From contig OZ024742.1 of the NCBI GenBank assembly GCA_964016885.1, positions 180,978,001-181,042,000 of the forward strand: a stretch of 64,000 nucleotides of DNA. The letters run 5' to 3'. A program made the translations under genes and the position numbers. Under the pieces are notes generated by a model. The model had not been told where the DNA came from, did no database searches, and worked only from the letters and a program-made list of their open reading frames with translations. The stretch is from Eledone cirrhosa (lineage: Eukaryota). Shown here in pieces: positions 1 to 12,840 of this stretch (positions are counted from its first letter, which is position 1; each line of letters opens with the position of its first letter).

Positions 1-529
1 TACATAACCCACAAAATATAGGATACCAACAAAATGGCAGGAAGAGTAAACTTTGTTAGATCTGTAATAAATACCTGGAAAGATAGCTATTAAACAGTAG
101 TAGATATAAGAATACCTTTAAATCTTGGCGTTGGAATAGGAAATGTCAATTATGCCATACCAGTGTGAAAGTTATCAGCAGCTGTCCAAAAATGTTCATA
201 TCTCACTACTTACACCTACCATACACTGTCTATGTTAAAGACACCTCACCTCATACAGGTTAAATCTACTTAATTCCATCATTGGTATGATGTCCAAACA
301 TTTCTATGATGGTGGTGAAGTTTGAAAGAGATTTAGTTGATATTTCTAGCAAGTTGTTTGATATCATCAAAGTGTCCTCATCGTTCACAACTGTAGGGTT
401 TTTGTTTTTTCTTTTTTCTCCGATTATATTTACTTTGCTGTTTACATAAAAAATTGCCAACAATCATGCCAAAAGTACATCAGAACCCTTTACAACATGA
501 TTTCAGATGGGTTGGTGCACTGCCCTAAC

Positions 530-910
530 AAGTAGCATTTGACATGTTCCTGCTCAACCTCCCAACCCTGCAGTGGTGCCTGGCTCAACACAGTCCCCTC
601 ACTTGTGACTGGCACTCAGCTGGACAGCAACTGCTTGCACATTGGTGTTCCCCTCAGGCTTGTCTTCTGTGTCTGTGAGCCTCATAAATGCCACTGTGGT
701 ACCACTGTGGATCTTTTCGGTCTCCACCCACTGTCATGCCATTACAGTGCTGGCCGCCTCCCACACCATGCCGCTCTCAACGAGATAATAAAGCATGGCC
801 TGGATGGCACAAGCATCCCTTCCCAATACGAGCTAACAGAGCTGAACTGTGGGGATAACAAAAAACCAAACAGCATCACAATCTTCTTGTTCCGCTTGGG
901 TAGGGCCTTC
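530..910 (+). mobile_element. CRE-clade non-LTR retrotransposon remnant (C-terminal zinc knuckle + start of restriction-like endonuclease)
   Basis: ORF 539-976 reads GAWLNTVP..G..LD...LRL...CEPHKCHCG..VD..GLHPLSC..SAGR..HAALNEIIK...D.KKPNSIT, the typical CRE C-terminal pattern with a degenerate RPDG motif. Confidence 0.75.
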
Positions 911-975
911 ACCTACTCAAGTGGCAACCTGGCTGTCATTTTGATGGCATCAGGTAATTTATCTGTTCAAGACTA

Positions 976-1370
976 AATACTCCATAATATAGGTTCCAAG
1001 AATTAGATGTCCACACATTTGATAATAAGGAATACTGGAGGATTATTCCAATAAAAACAGCAATCTATTGCAACAACAGATCTGGTACTGTTCTATGCAA
1101 CAGAGAACGAATGTTATGCACCAACAAAAGTGAATGTCTTGCCTATAATTGTGAAAGAAGAGAACATCTATTGTAAACTAATGTGAAGCTTATATCCTGA
1201 TTATAGATTTACATTTGTCCATATTATCATTGGTGCACTGTGCTGTGTAACTGCAAATATAGAAATGCTAGGGTTTTCCAGGAAAAAAACAAATCTAACT
1301 GATCTGTACCCTCCAAATCCAATTGACTAGCAGTACAGTGAAGATTTTCAAGACACTCCAGAGATTATCC
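976..1370 (+). mobile_element. Degenerate R4/Dong-like RLE non-LTR 3' fragment
   Basis: Manual translation gives DNKEYWRIIPIKTAIYCNNRSG and YPDYRFTFVHIIIGA, matching KEYWWNLKIKTATKLKHNRPD and YPRYTFSFIPIIIGA of the element at 32.2-33.2 kb. Confidence 0.6.
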
Positions 1371-1410
1371 GTGTGAGTTTTCTGAAAATAAACATATGCA
1401 CATATCTATA

Positions 1411-1751
1411 TCATCATCATCATCATCATTTTACGTCCACTTTTCCCTGCTTGCAAGGGTGGGACGGGAACTGATTCTAGCTTGATTTCTACAGCTGGAT
1501 GCCCTTCCTAACACCAACCTCATTTACAGTGAGTGCTGGGTGCTTTTTTGCCGTGGCACCTCCACGATCACTTTACAGTGGAATGATATGGACCCCAGTC
1601 CCTATCATCTCATTTCTACAGCTGAGTAAACTGAAGCAATGTGAAATAAAGTGTCTTGCTCAAGGAAACAACACATCACCCGGTCTGAGAATTGAACTCA
1701 CAATCTTTCGATTGCAAGGCCAATGCTCTAACCACTAAGCCATATGCCTCC
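1411..1751 (-). mobile_element. tRNA-headed SINE, family B (CORE-like and Ceph-like body, RTE-derived 3' tail)
   Basis: Minus strand: A-box TGGCTTAGTGG, B-box-like GAGTTCAATTCTC, CCTTGAGCAAGACACTT segment, GGTTGGTGTTAGGAAGGGCATCCAG segment, tail CCCGTCCCACCCTTGCAAGCAGGGAAAAG.GGACGTAAAA(TGA)n. Confidence 0.85.
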
Positions 1752-2125
1752 ATGTGTGTATATGGTGTACATACACCCATGTATTAGAAAGACATGTCCA
1801 CACATAATATGAGTGCAAGTATATACATCTACATACACATTAACTCACCCATATACCTACATATACACCCACTAACTAACTTCTACTTCTACATATATTC
1901 ACACATTTATAAATCTCTAGAATTGTCTTGACACAAGCTAAAAAGGCTTGTCATTTTGTTAGTGAACAGATTGAATTCTGCAATGAAGAACCTAAATAAA
2001 TCTCAAAGAAAAACACATCAATAGAGATATATACATACACACACATACTATTAGAGATATATGCACATATATACATACATTCAAATATATATACATTCAA
2101 ATATATATACGCAGACAGCCCTCCT

Positions 2126-2192
<67 letters not shown>

Positions 2193-2682
2193 CATCATCA
2201 TCATCATCATCATCAATGTTTAACGTCCACTTTAATGAAATATATATGTGTGTGTGTGTGTATCTATGTTGTCATGGTAATCACTAATGTTTTAGAGTCC
2301 ATTTAGCAATCATTAGTGGTTTTAAATCAGTTTCATATCAAAGGAGTAATAATTGGTTTGGCACCAAAAAAAGAAAAAATATGGTTATATATAATTACCT
2401 CTCAAAAACACAGAACAGAGAACTAGTCATAATTATCGTCATTATCATCATCATCATCATCTTCCTCCTCATTATTATTATTACTGTAATTACTATTACA
2501 ATAGACAGCTAAAAAACAACACTTGTGTTCTATAGAGGAGTTAATTTAAGGTATGAGCCATAGTGGCCTGAGTGTTAATGAAGACAGTCTGAACAAGCTG
2601 TTCTAGATGACTTTCAGGTCGGGGATTATGGAGAATTTTCAAGAATCCTTGACATGGCAGGTCTACAGATGAACATTATTAA

Positions 2683-2896
2683 GGTCAGTGGATTGGCAGA
2701 ATCGGAAGAGCATCAGATACTATGCTTTGTAACATAGAGTTACGGTCCTTTATGTTCTGAATTAAAAGGTTAGCTTTGACTTTCATCCTTATGGAGTCGA
2801 TAAAATAAAGTACCAGTAATACATTGGAGTTGATTTAATTAACTTTGCCATTCCCTAAAATTGCTGGGCTTGTACCTATAGTAGAAATAATTATTA
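2683..2896 (+). mobile_element. tRNA-headed SINE, family A (diverged copy)
   Basis: GGATTGGCAG head, CTTTCATCCTTA.GG.GTCGATAAAATAAAGTACCAGT core, GTAGAAA(TAA)-type tail shared with ~20 copies in the window. Confidence 0.75.
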
Positions 2897-3129
2897 GTAC
2901 GAAACAAGATATAAAGGCCTGGAAGTGCCAACAGTTGAACCTGTCAGAAATGCACAAAGGATAAACTACCTCCCAATGCCCGTGCATTGCAGAATTGTGA
3001 GCTTTTTTCAAACCACTGCTACTATGTGTAGGACAAATCTAGCTATCAGCCACTTGATTGATGAAAATTGAATTGCCATCTTCTTTTAGAAAAGAGGCAC
3101 AGCAAGTCTTTTCTTCTACCTGGTAGTTA

Positions 3130-3312
3130 TGGTAAAGGAAGCTGCAGGGTAGACTCATGTTAGAGGATTGAGAACAGGTATCTTCCTCTCCATCCAAGCC
3201 CTCAACAACTTCTACAATTTCCACATGAAGAGGAAGGTGAGGATAGAGAGAGAGGTGCTGCTTTCCAGTGTGTTTTCTGAAAGATCGGTGAGTAGCAAGA
3301 TTAGTGAGGCTT
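3130..3312 (+). mobile_element. L1/Tx1-like LINE C-terminal fragment (probable 3' UTR continues ~3600-3885)
   Basis: FYNFHMKRKVRIEREVLLSSVFSER resembles Tx1-type ORF2 C-termini; downstream AATAAA plus TTA tail. Confidence 0.4.
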
Positions 3313-3329
3313 CTTCTTATTATTGTGAC

Positions 3330-3560
3330 CACAAGAGTGTCAGTTACAAAGCTTGGCTAGATGTGGTTCCACCACTGCTGAACATTGCTGTCCTTTCTCA
3401 TTAAACTCTGCCAAGTCCAATGCTGTGCAGGGGTGTTCCAGCAGGTGGCATATCAGGAGGTGCTGCATAGTCTGTGGTTTGATGCCACAGTCTCACACAA
3501 CATCCCCATCCTTTAAATTAGTGAGGCTGAACAGGCCTAATTTGACTTTGCTTTTCTAAG
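3330..3560 (-). mobile_element. Ingi/Vingi-like LINE 3' fragment with CCHC zinc finger
   Basis: Minus-strand manual translation *DCGIKPQTMQHLLICHLLEHPCTALDLAEFN. Confidence 0.6.
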
Positions 3561-4103
3561 TAGGAGGAAAGAAACAAAGAGAGGGAACTTTCAATGTTCA
3601 TGAGGTAACAGTGTAATCCAAAGTTTTGTGTGACGTTTCTCCCCCAATCACCCTAAAGTGCAGTACCCTACTTTAAGGGAACTTGTTCTTGTTGACCCTT
3701 GTTATTGTTTACGTCTTTCTTCTATTATGAATATTTATTACAATTTCTATTATTGTTATTTCTAGTGTTTTCTTATTGCTGAGGCCCTCTTTTCTTTATT
3801 TGATGTAAACACGTCTGTGTTGTTTTTGTTCATGTATTATCCTCAATGTCTTGGGTCCCTGTGGACAATAAAAACAACTATTATTATACTGGTGGTCAGG
3901 GTCACTGTGGCTTTTTAATGGGCTTTCTCCACGAATGTCCCTCTGAAGTCTCCCCCCTATTGCGGAATGTTTTCATTGTTCTATTATTACATCCTCTGTT
4001 TCTTGTTTTTTACATGCAGAAATGCCCATTTGTACCGTCCTGTATTGTCCTGTACTGTCCTTAATGTCTACTTTATGTAAACCCTTGTGGTTAATAAAGA
4101 AAG

Positions 4104-4150
<47 letters not shown>

Positions 4151-4870
4151 GGGCGGTGAATTGGCAGTACCGGTAGAGGGTTGGACGCCATGCTTTGATG
4201 CATAGAGTTACGGCCCTTGCCATTCTGAGTTCAAATCCCGCCTAGGTTAACTTTGCCTTTCATCCTTACGGGGTGGATAAAATAAAGTACCAGTAATGCA
4301 CTGGGATAATTGCTGGCCTTGTGCCAAAAGTAGAAACAATTATTATTATTATTATTATTATTATCATCATTAAACAAAATGCTTTGCAGTATTAAGTTAT
4401 GACTTTCTGAGTTCAAATCCTGCCAAGGCCATCTTTGCCTTTTTTTCTTATGAGGTCAATAAAATAGAGTACCAGTTAGATACTGGTGTCGATATAAAAG
4501 ACCCCTTCCCCCAAATCGCTGATCTTGTGTCAATAGTAGAAAAAATTATTAATAGTACCATTAACACACTGGGACCGATTTAATCGACTTTTGCCTCCCC
4601 CAAAATTGCTGGCCTTGTGCATAAATCAGAAACCATTATTATTATTATTAATAGTAATAATAAGGGCTTTTGATTTAGGTACAAGGCCAGCAATTTTTGG
4701 GGAGGCAAAAGTCGATTAAATACACTCTAGTGCGTTACAGGTGCTAATAATAATTTATCGATCCCCATAAGGATGAAAGGCAAAGCTAACCTCAGCAGGA
4801 TTTTGAACTCAGAACATAAAGGGCCATAATTACATGCTATAAAGCATGTTGTCTGATGCTCTACCAACTC
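4151..4870. mobile_element. Cluster of family A SINE copies in both orientations, embedded in (TTA)n
   Basis: Full copy 4151-4341 (+), partial copies ~4385-4640 (+) and ~4665-4870 (-), separated by TTA runs. Confidence 0.8.
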
Positions 4871-4969
4871 TAATAATAATAATAATGATTTCTGGGGCGG
4901 GGAGAGTTGTTTATATTGACCCTGGTACTTGACTAGTACTGCCAATCCACTGCTGATCCTAATAATGAT

Positions 4970-5445
4970 TACTTCTACTTTGGCACAAGGCCAGCAATTA
5001 TACCAAGGCATTACTGGTACTTTATTTTATCGACCCCGTAAGGATGAAAGGCAAAATTAACCTCAGCGGGATTTGAACTCAGACCGTAAAGGGACATAAC
5101 TATATGCTGCAAAGTATGGCGTGCTACCCTCTACTGATACTGCCAAGCCAATCCTAATAATAATTGTTTCTACTTTTGGCACAAGGCCAGCAATTACCCA
5201 GTGCATTACTGGTACTTTATTTTATCGACCCCGTAAGGATGAAATCCTAATAATAATAATTGTTTCTACTTTAGGCACAAGGCCAGCAATTACCCAGTAC
5301 ATTACTGGTACTTTATTTCATCGACCCCGTAAGGATGAAAGGCAAAGTCAACCTCGGCGGGATTTGAACTCAGATCGTAAAGGGACGTAACTATGCTGGA
5401 AAGCATGGCGTCCGACCCTCTACCGATACTGCCAATCCACCGCCC
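4970..5445 (-). mobile_element. Three tandem family A SINE copies
   Basis: Copies ~4970-5150, 5160-5244 (truncated) and 5260-5445, separated by CCTAATAAT-containing direct repeats. Confidence 0.85.
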
Positions 5446-6124
5446 TAATAATAATAATAATTTATTATTATTATTATTTACTGTATTAAATATATGGTAT
5501 ATTTTGTGTAAAATGTCAACCACACTGGAAAGGGGATGGTAAGAGTGAGTGTGTGTGTGTGTGTGAAAGAGAGAGAAAGACAGACAGACAGAGTTTGTGT
5601 GAGAGAGAGAAAGAGAGAGTGTACCACAAAACATCTTTTTTTAAATCCTAGAATATTATATTATTTGTGTTTATGTTTATATATATAAATAACTTATAAA
5701 TAATATATTTAAAATATGATATTGATTTTTAATACTTGGTGGTTGTTTCTAATTAGACCATAGAATTTTCACAGGGTCAGTTTGTTGTTATTGTGCTTCA
5801 AGACCACACTGAGGAAATTGGAATTTTACCAAATCTTATTGGATGAATTCTTTTAATTTTTTTTATTATTTTGTATACATGGTACAACAAAATATGTTGA
5901 CATCTACCCAATATCTGGCATAGCTACAATAATGTCTTTTAAATATAATTTTCTTTTAAAGGTTCCCCTTTGATTATATTTAATACAATATGGGAGTAAA
6001 TCGGTTGAATCATAAGAACGTCAAATAGAATACTTTATAGAATACTTTATAGTATTCAATGTTTTGAGTTAAAATACAGCTGAGGTCAATGTTGCTTTTC
6101 CTCCTGTAGAGGTTGATAAATAAT

Positions 6125-6343
6125 AATTTCTAGTATAGGCACAAGGCCAGTAATTTTTGGGTGGAGGGGAAAGTCGATTAAATTGACCCCAGTGTGTGAC
6201 TGGTACTTTTATTTTATCGATCCCATAAGGATGAATGGCAAAGTTAATCTTGGCAGGATTTGAACTCAGAACATAAAGGACCATAACTCTATGCTGCAAA
6301 GTATGGCGTCCAACCCTCTATCGATAATGCCAATCCACTACCC
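6125..6343 (-). mobile_element. Family A SINE (long-tail variant)
   Basis: Same head and core as the other copies plus GGGTCAATTTAATCGACTTT segment. Confidence 0.8.
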
Positions 6344-7139
6344 TAGAGGTTGATAAATAATACCAGTTCACTTCAAGGCTCAATTTTTCTTCTATATCTC
6401 TTTCTTACAACCTCTCTCTCTCTCTCTCTCACTTTCTCTCTCTCTGGAAGTAATCAGCTGTGCTCACACTTGGAAAGGGATGGGCTCCATCAAGTTTAAA
6501 TGCCCAAGAAACAACAGTGCCTCTATGATTCCATCATGAGTAGAGGCACATGGGTTTAGTTTTATATGTATTTTTCTAACGGAAATATGTAAAGTTGAAT
6601 TGAAATAGAATAGAATTTATTTTAAATGGCTAAACAAAATATTACAGCAAAACAAATAGATTTTCTAAGAAACACAGAAAGTCATAATTGAACAGCCAAG
6701 CATACAAACTTGTATGATATTAATAAAAGTACTCATATCCGTTGTTAGGGTTATATAAAAAAAAGAAGTTTATAGGCATGGGTTGAATTCATCATCATCA
6801 CCATCATCATCACTGTTTTACATTCATTTTTCCATGCTAGCATGGGTTAGATGAGTTGGCCTGTTGTTGGCAATCCCAGATCAGGTAACAATGTCTTGCT
6901 CATACAGAACTGATTTGCGCTTGATTTCTACAGCTGGATGCACTTCCTAATGCCAACCTCATTTACAGTGTGTGCTGGGTGCTTTTTATCACCTACACAA
7001 CCACTTTACAGTGGAAGGCGGGTGAGAGCATAGCATCTATATGCTTCAGCTTCGGCTTGTACGTGTGGGAAGTTGGGCCTTCTGTATTACTGCATAACAT
7101 CAGGTCCTGTGTTATGGCCTTTGAGAGGTGCAATTGGGC

Positions 7140-7250
7140 AAGATCAGCTTTTATCACCTCATCCCAGGGCTTCTAACGACTTTGAGCACTCTGCACCTTT
7201 TTACACAGCTATCATCCTTCATACACATCACATGTCCATACCAACGTAAA
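7140..7250 (-). mobile_element. RTE LINE 3' fragment
   Basis: Minus strand WYGHVMCMKDDSCVKRCRVLKV, homologous to the RTE C-terminus at ~49.6 kb. Confidence 0.55.
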
Positions 7251-9527
7251 ATTCAGGCAAAGAAAAATGTGACAGCAGTATGTCACAAAAGAGGGTGCCT
7301 CCTTACCTCAGGAACTTATCCAGGAACAGGAAATGAAGACAGTGACAAACTTACTTCAATATGACCACAAGGGAACAGTTTTAAAAAAAGTCCTAGACAA
7401 TGTGTGGAAAGGTATGTGCTTTATTCATAGATATATAGTGTATGGAAATGTAAGCTGGAATAGTGCCCAACCCACCTGTCACAATACATAGGACAAAATA
7501 ACACAATGGTTACAGCAAAGACATTGGTTGTGATGTTGACTCTTGGCTCATCACCTTTCTGATAGTGTACAGGCAGATGGTGTATACCTAAGTGATATAA
7601 AATAATATGTGATTGGGTGGAATCTGCATGGACATGCAAATCTTGATCACACTTTCAGATCACACAGCTTATCCTGGAACTTTACCTAATTGTGGATGTC
7701 AAGAGAAAGGAAATAAAACTAATGTATCAGGGTAGATAGTTCAGCTGTGACGTGTGTGGCAGTAAGATGTGACGTGTGTGGCAGTAAGAGCCACTTGAGG
7801 GTTTTCTGCTAAAAGAAAAAGTATGGACAACAGCAAAAGCAGCAACAAAAACCACAGCCAGTTCCAAAAGTTGAATACGTGATGTTAACTAGAACACATA
7901 TCAACAAGGACTAATCATTTGTAGCTCAACACCTGGAAGAGCTAAGTTTATTAATCAAAAATTATATTAAGTGTCACTGGATCAATGTTCATTTTAAGCT
8001 TCTTTGGGATTTAGTTCAAGTTAGTTTTCCAGGCAGATAGGAAATTGGATGAGCAGAGCAGACAGTCTCATACAGAAATGTGCCTCAGGAGAACTATTTC
8101 TAAATTATTGAACAGAAGTGAAGAATATATACATCACCTTTATTATTTATTACCATGTGACATGTGTGCCTCAGCCCAGTTTTTATTGAATATGGCTGGA
8201 GTATTTGCTGTTTTGATCCTTGTAAAAAAGACATGATCCACTTTTCAGGCAATCCATCTGATACAAATGCTCTCTCTGCATATGTCTTAATATAGTGATT
8301 GATGATGTGCTGGTGCAAATGAAGGTTGAAATGTTGTGGATTATTACTGAACTGACAAGTAGATTACATTGATTAGATTAATTTTGAGATGACAGTAAAC
8401 TATATTCATTGGTTAAGATTCAAGGATAAGATTCAATTTTTTATCCAATCATTTAAAATTTTTATTTGGAATGTCATTTTAATGCAATTGGTTGTTTAAT
8501 TTTCATATTTATACAGTTCAAAAATTCAATTTGATATTATAAAGATAATTTCTGAATTAAATTGATGGATGAAATTCTAAAAATTTAATTTTAACTTAAA
8601 TCAAAATTAAATTTAAAAAAGTTGATGTTTCGTCTTCTCTTTGGAATTCAAATTGCAATTTTTATTCAATTTTCTGTTTCCTGTTTGAATTTGAATGCAC
8701 TCAACTACCATTTTCCTGGCTATCATTTCTTCCTCCATCATGAAAGATAATCAGAAAGAAAGAAGAAAGGAGAGTAAAAGAAAAACAAACAAAAACCCTA
8801 CAGTTGTGAACTATGAGGATATTTTGATGATGTCACCCAATCTGCTAGAAATATCAACTAAATCTCTTTCAAACTTCACCACTATCATAGAAATGGTTAG
8901 ACATTACACGAATCATAGAACTAAGTAGATTTAAGCTGTGTGAGGTGAGGTGTCTTTGACATTGACAGTGTATAGTAACTGTAAGAGTTGAGAGGTGTTG
9001 GCTATAGACATGACATGGTACCTGTAAGAAATAAGGAGTCTTTGATATGGAGAGTGTATGGTACATGTGTGTTGGTTATAGACAGGACATGGTACCTGTG
9101 AGAGGAGAGATGGGTTTGAAAGTACCATGTCAATTTGACAATTAATATGAATAAACACAAGCAGACCAAATTCTTTTGCTAGCAAACCTCATTAAATACT
9201 CCTTGTTTCTATAATACTAAGCTGTATAATTTAAAGTGTTTATATCCATCTAAGAAGAGTCTATCATAATTTTTTTCAAGAACCCTGTTTATGTTATGCA
9301 GACCTGTTAACTCTTTCCATCCATCCGATGGGGAGATTTACAATAGCCTTTGGGGTGGGTGAGAGATGTCTTTTCCTGTGAAAATGGGTATAGCTATGTA
9401 AAATCTCCCCATTTTGCCTCATTTCTCCCTTCGGCACTTTTTTTCATGGTACTTCCTGTTTGGGTTGTAAGAGGTTAGCAGGTCTGATTATATTCCAAAC
9501 ACTAGCTTCAGAATAAGAAAGTTAGTT

Positions 9528-9860
9528 CATCATCATCATCATCACCATCACCGTTTTACGTCCGTTCTTCCACGCTAGCATGAGTTAGACGGGTTGTCCT
9601 GTTGTGGGCAGTGTCTGGTCGGCTGACCATGCCTTGCTCATACAGGAACTGATTTGGCTTGATTTCTACAGCTGGATGCCCTTCCTAACACCAACCTCAT
9701 TTACAGTGAGTGCTGGGTGCTTTTTTGTGGCGCCTACACGTCCACTTTACAGTGTGGGCTGGGTGCTTTTTTGCCGTGGCACCTCCACGACCACCTTGCG
9801 GTGGGGGATGTGGGGGCATATTGTCTATATGCTTCAGCTTGTACCCATGGGAGGTCGGGT
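9528..9860 (-). mobile_element. Ceph-like, RTE-tailed repeat (related partial copies near 6800-7010, 10787-10952, 15780-16130, 22770-23140, 45650-45912, 55260-55500)
   Basis: GGTTGGTGTTAGGAAGGGCATCCAGCTGTAGAAA motif plus CATGCTAGCGTGGAA..CGGACGTAAAA(C/T)GATGA-type tail. Confidence 0.65.
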
Positions 9861-10703
9861 ACTCTGTATTACTGCGTGACGCCAGAGGTCACGGTGTGTG
9901 TCAATATGACTAAATTAGTTATATGACTAATTTAGTTAGTTATATGACTAAATTCCTCCAAACTCTTAATAAGGATTTGAAAATCCTAAATAGTGTCCTT
10001 CCTTAGAAATATGGTAACAAAAGACTTAATGTCATCAATAAGAAATGTATGTGTGATTTTTAATTGAGAAAAGAGCAAAGATATGCAAAGCGGAAACCAC
10101 TACAGGGTCACTTGTACTGCTGGAATTAGCAGCTAAATCAATCTATCCTCTTAAAAAAAGTCCTGACACAGCATCATTCATCATTGTTATTTTAACAACT
10201 GCGTTCCCGCTGGCAAGGGTTGGATATATTTGATAATATTGTCTTAAATATACAAAAACAGTCAATCATAGTCAGATCGATGAGGATTGCACCAGAACTA
10301 ATTAACGACAACAGTATCAACAACAACACAGTAATATCAACAACAATAACAACTGCAATAGCAACAACAGCAGCAATATCAACATCAATACCAACAGCAG
10401 CAATATCAACAACAACGCCAACCACAGCAATATCAACAACAACTATATCAATGACTATAGTAGTGTGTATATGTGTATCTACATGCATTCTCACACATGT
10501 GTGGGTCTGTATGTATGAGCACATAGACATGTATACACACATTTCTGTATGTGTGCATCTTTGTAAGTATGTGTCTTCATATCTATGCAAATGCATTCAT
10601 ACACATTTTCTCAAGTGCGAGAATTCATGAAACTATGTATGAAAGCAAGTATGCACACATCTTTACATATTGCGTGTGTGTAGTGTATGTATGTATGTAT
10701 GTG

Positions 10704-10767
<64 letters not shown>

Positions 10768-11100
10768 TGTGTGTATATATATATACTGTAAATGTGGTTG
10801 GTGTTAGGAAGGGCATCCAACTGTAGAAAACCCGCCAGACAGTCCTATGCGAGCAAGACAACCACTCTCGCCTCAAGTGGGAAAACTCCCGTCCAAACCC
10901 ATGCAAGCGTGGAACATGGACGTTAAACGATGATGATGATGATGATGATGATATATATATGTGTGTGTGTGTGTGTGTTTAATGGTAGCTATGATGCTTC
11001 CATAGGCGGTATGCCAGTTGAGCACTCTATGTTCTTACAGAGCAGAGTGTGATATAATATAAAACGAAAAATCAGTGATGCATCTGGACTCAGTTTATTG

Positions 11101-11190
11101 TGTGTTACAATTGTTTCGTCGGTAGATAGCTCGAGACAGGATCATTGTATGGATCTGTCTGATTCTAGATCTGCAGGTTCTTCAGACACA
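11101..11190 (-). ncRNA. Type I hammerhead ribozyme-like motif with long stem II
   Basis: Minus strand TGTGT-CTGAAGA-[~60 nt hairpin incl. AGACAG/CTGTCT]-GAAA-CAATTG-TA-ACACA. Confidence 0.6.
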
Positions 11191-11351
11191 TGCTATACTC
11201 TCAGAACAAATTTTTTCACTGGGGTGTTAGCTTCAAAAAACATCTTCCTCTCTTGTCTTGCTATTGACTGTTGTTTTTCTACGTCATCATAAATTCTGGT
11301 CAATATTTGCTTCCAAACTGGCCATCAGCTACTCTCCGTCTGACATACTTC

Positions 11352-12175
11352 TTTTCCAAGTGTTAGATGAGTGCTTCCCACTGTCGAACAAATACCACAA
11401 AATCTTCAACAGCCACACGGTGAAGTTTTCCTTCTCCACGGCACCTAGCATGGCTGACTACATGGCTAAAACCAACGCGGTAAAGATGGGGAACATCGAC
11501 CGTCAACCGCGGCGGCAGAATGACCATCTATCGGAGCGTGGATGACTTTTCGGGGGCCGGCCTTCAAATAACAACCCGGCCTCCAAGACAGCCAACACGC
11601 CCGCGAAAGGTGATACAATCCAACACCAGGAGGTAACGAGTGTCGTGGGGGAGATCACCGTGCTGGCAGAACAACACCATGAGAATCGTGAGAAGGCCCT
11701 AGCAGATCGAGGGCCAGGCGTCAGAAGCGAACGTAGTAACACCAGAACATGTAACTGAAGAGCGGGCACTCAGTGCCCCCTACAGGGAAAATGCCTGACG
11801 AAGGACTTGGTATACAAATGTCTGGTTAGGACCCAAAATATAAAACGCACCTACATCGGCGCAATATCCACAACCTTTAAATCGCAGATGTATAACCACA
11901 CGAACTCCTTCAAGGACCGAATCAAGAGGCACTCTACTAAATTAGCGGACCTGGTGTGGGACCTGAAAGACCAAAGCAACCCGTACGCCCTTGACTGGAG
12001 TATCGTTCGGCATGTGAATGCATACTCGGCTGGAAGTAGAAAGTGCAGATTATGCCTATACGAGGCCATGGAGATAGACAGACTGAAGGATGACGTGGTC
12101 AACCTGAAATCTGAAATTATCATGACGTGCAGAGAAGGTGCACATTTGCCTCATGGAATCCTCCAGGAAAACTAG
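11352..12175 (+). pseudogene. Penelope-like RT-thumb/linker plus GIY-YIG endonuclease pseudogene
   Basis: FQVLDECFP..NKYHKIFNSHTVKFSFS; CN*R...CPLQGKCL..DLVYKC...YIG...FK..YNH..SFK...STKL..VW.LK...WSI...CRLCLYE; in-frame stops present. Confidence 0.85.
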
Positions 12176-12794
12176 GCTAAGGGCATGCGCCAGAGCACGC
12201 ACCGACCTGAGCGACGAAACGGGTTTAAGGGACCAGACACTATACCCTGATGACATTATATGCCCCGTGGGGTAAACCAAAATAACCCAAGATGCATACC
12301 TAACTATGCACGTCACCTTAGGCAGGAACATCGCCTGCGCCGGGACAGGCTGACGCAGATTCCACAGTCGTTCAGTCAAGTACCCTGCACCTATAGGACA
12401 ACACACCTCATCCACAGTGACATACCTCAATGTAACCGGGCTACGCGCCCCCACGAGTGTGTGCCTCTTCAATCGTGAATACATACTCTCCACGTGTTCC
12501 ACTTTGGAACACTTATTGTTTGTTCCGTACACAGACCTAAGTGTGCATATCATACTCCCCTAGGTGTGGTATATCACACGAATACTTGTACTTTCCCCTC
12601 TTTTTTTATATATATCTCTATGTGACGTTATATGCATATTTTAATGTATTTTAATATATCATAAATTTATTTTATTGTTTATATATGTGTGTATATGCAT
12701 AGACGTGTGCGTATGTTTATGTACATGTGTGTATGTGTGTATGTAGATATATATATGTTTGTGTGTGTATGTATGTACATATGTATGTATATAT

Positions 12795-12840
<46 letters not shown>

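Noticed and set aside
12205-12255. GAAAC...CCCTGATGA suggesting a type II hammerhead
   Set aside because: Stem I does not pair in register with a UH site, and stem II cannot be formed
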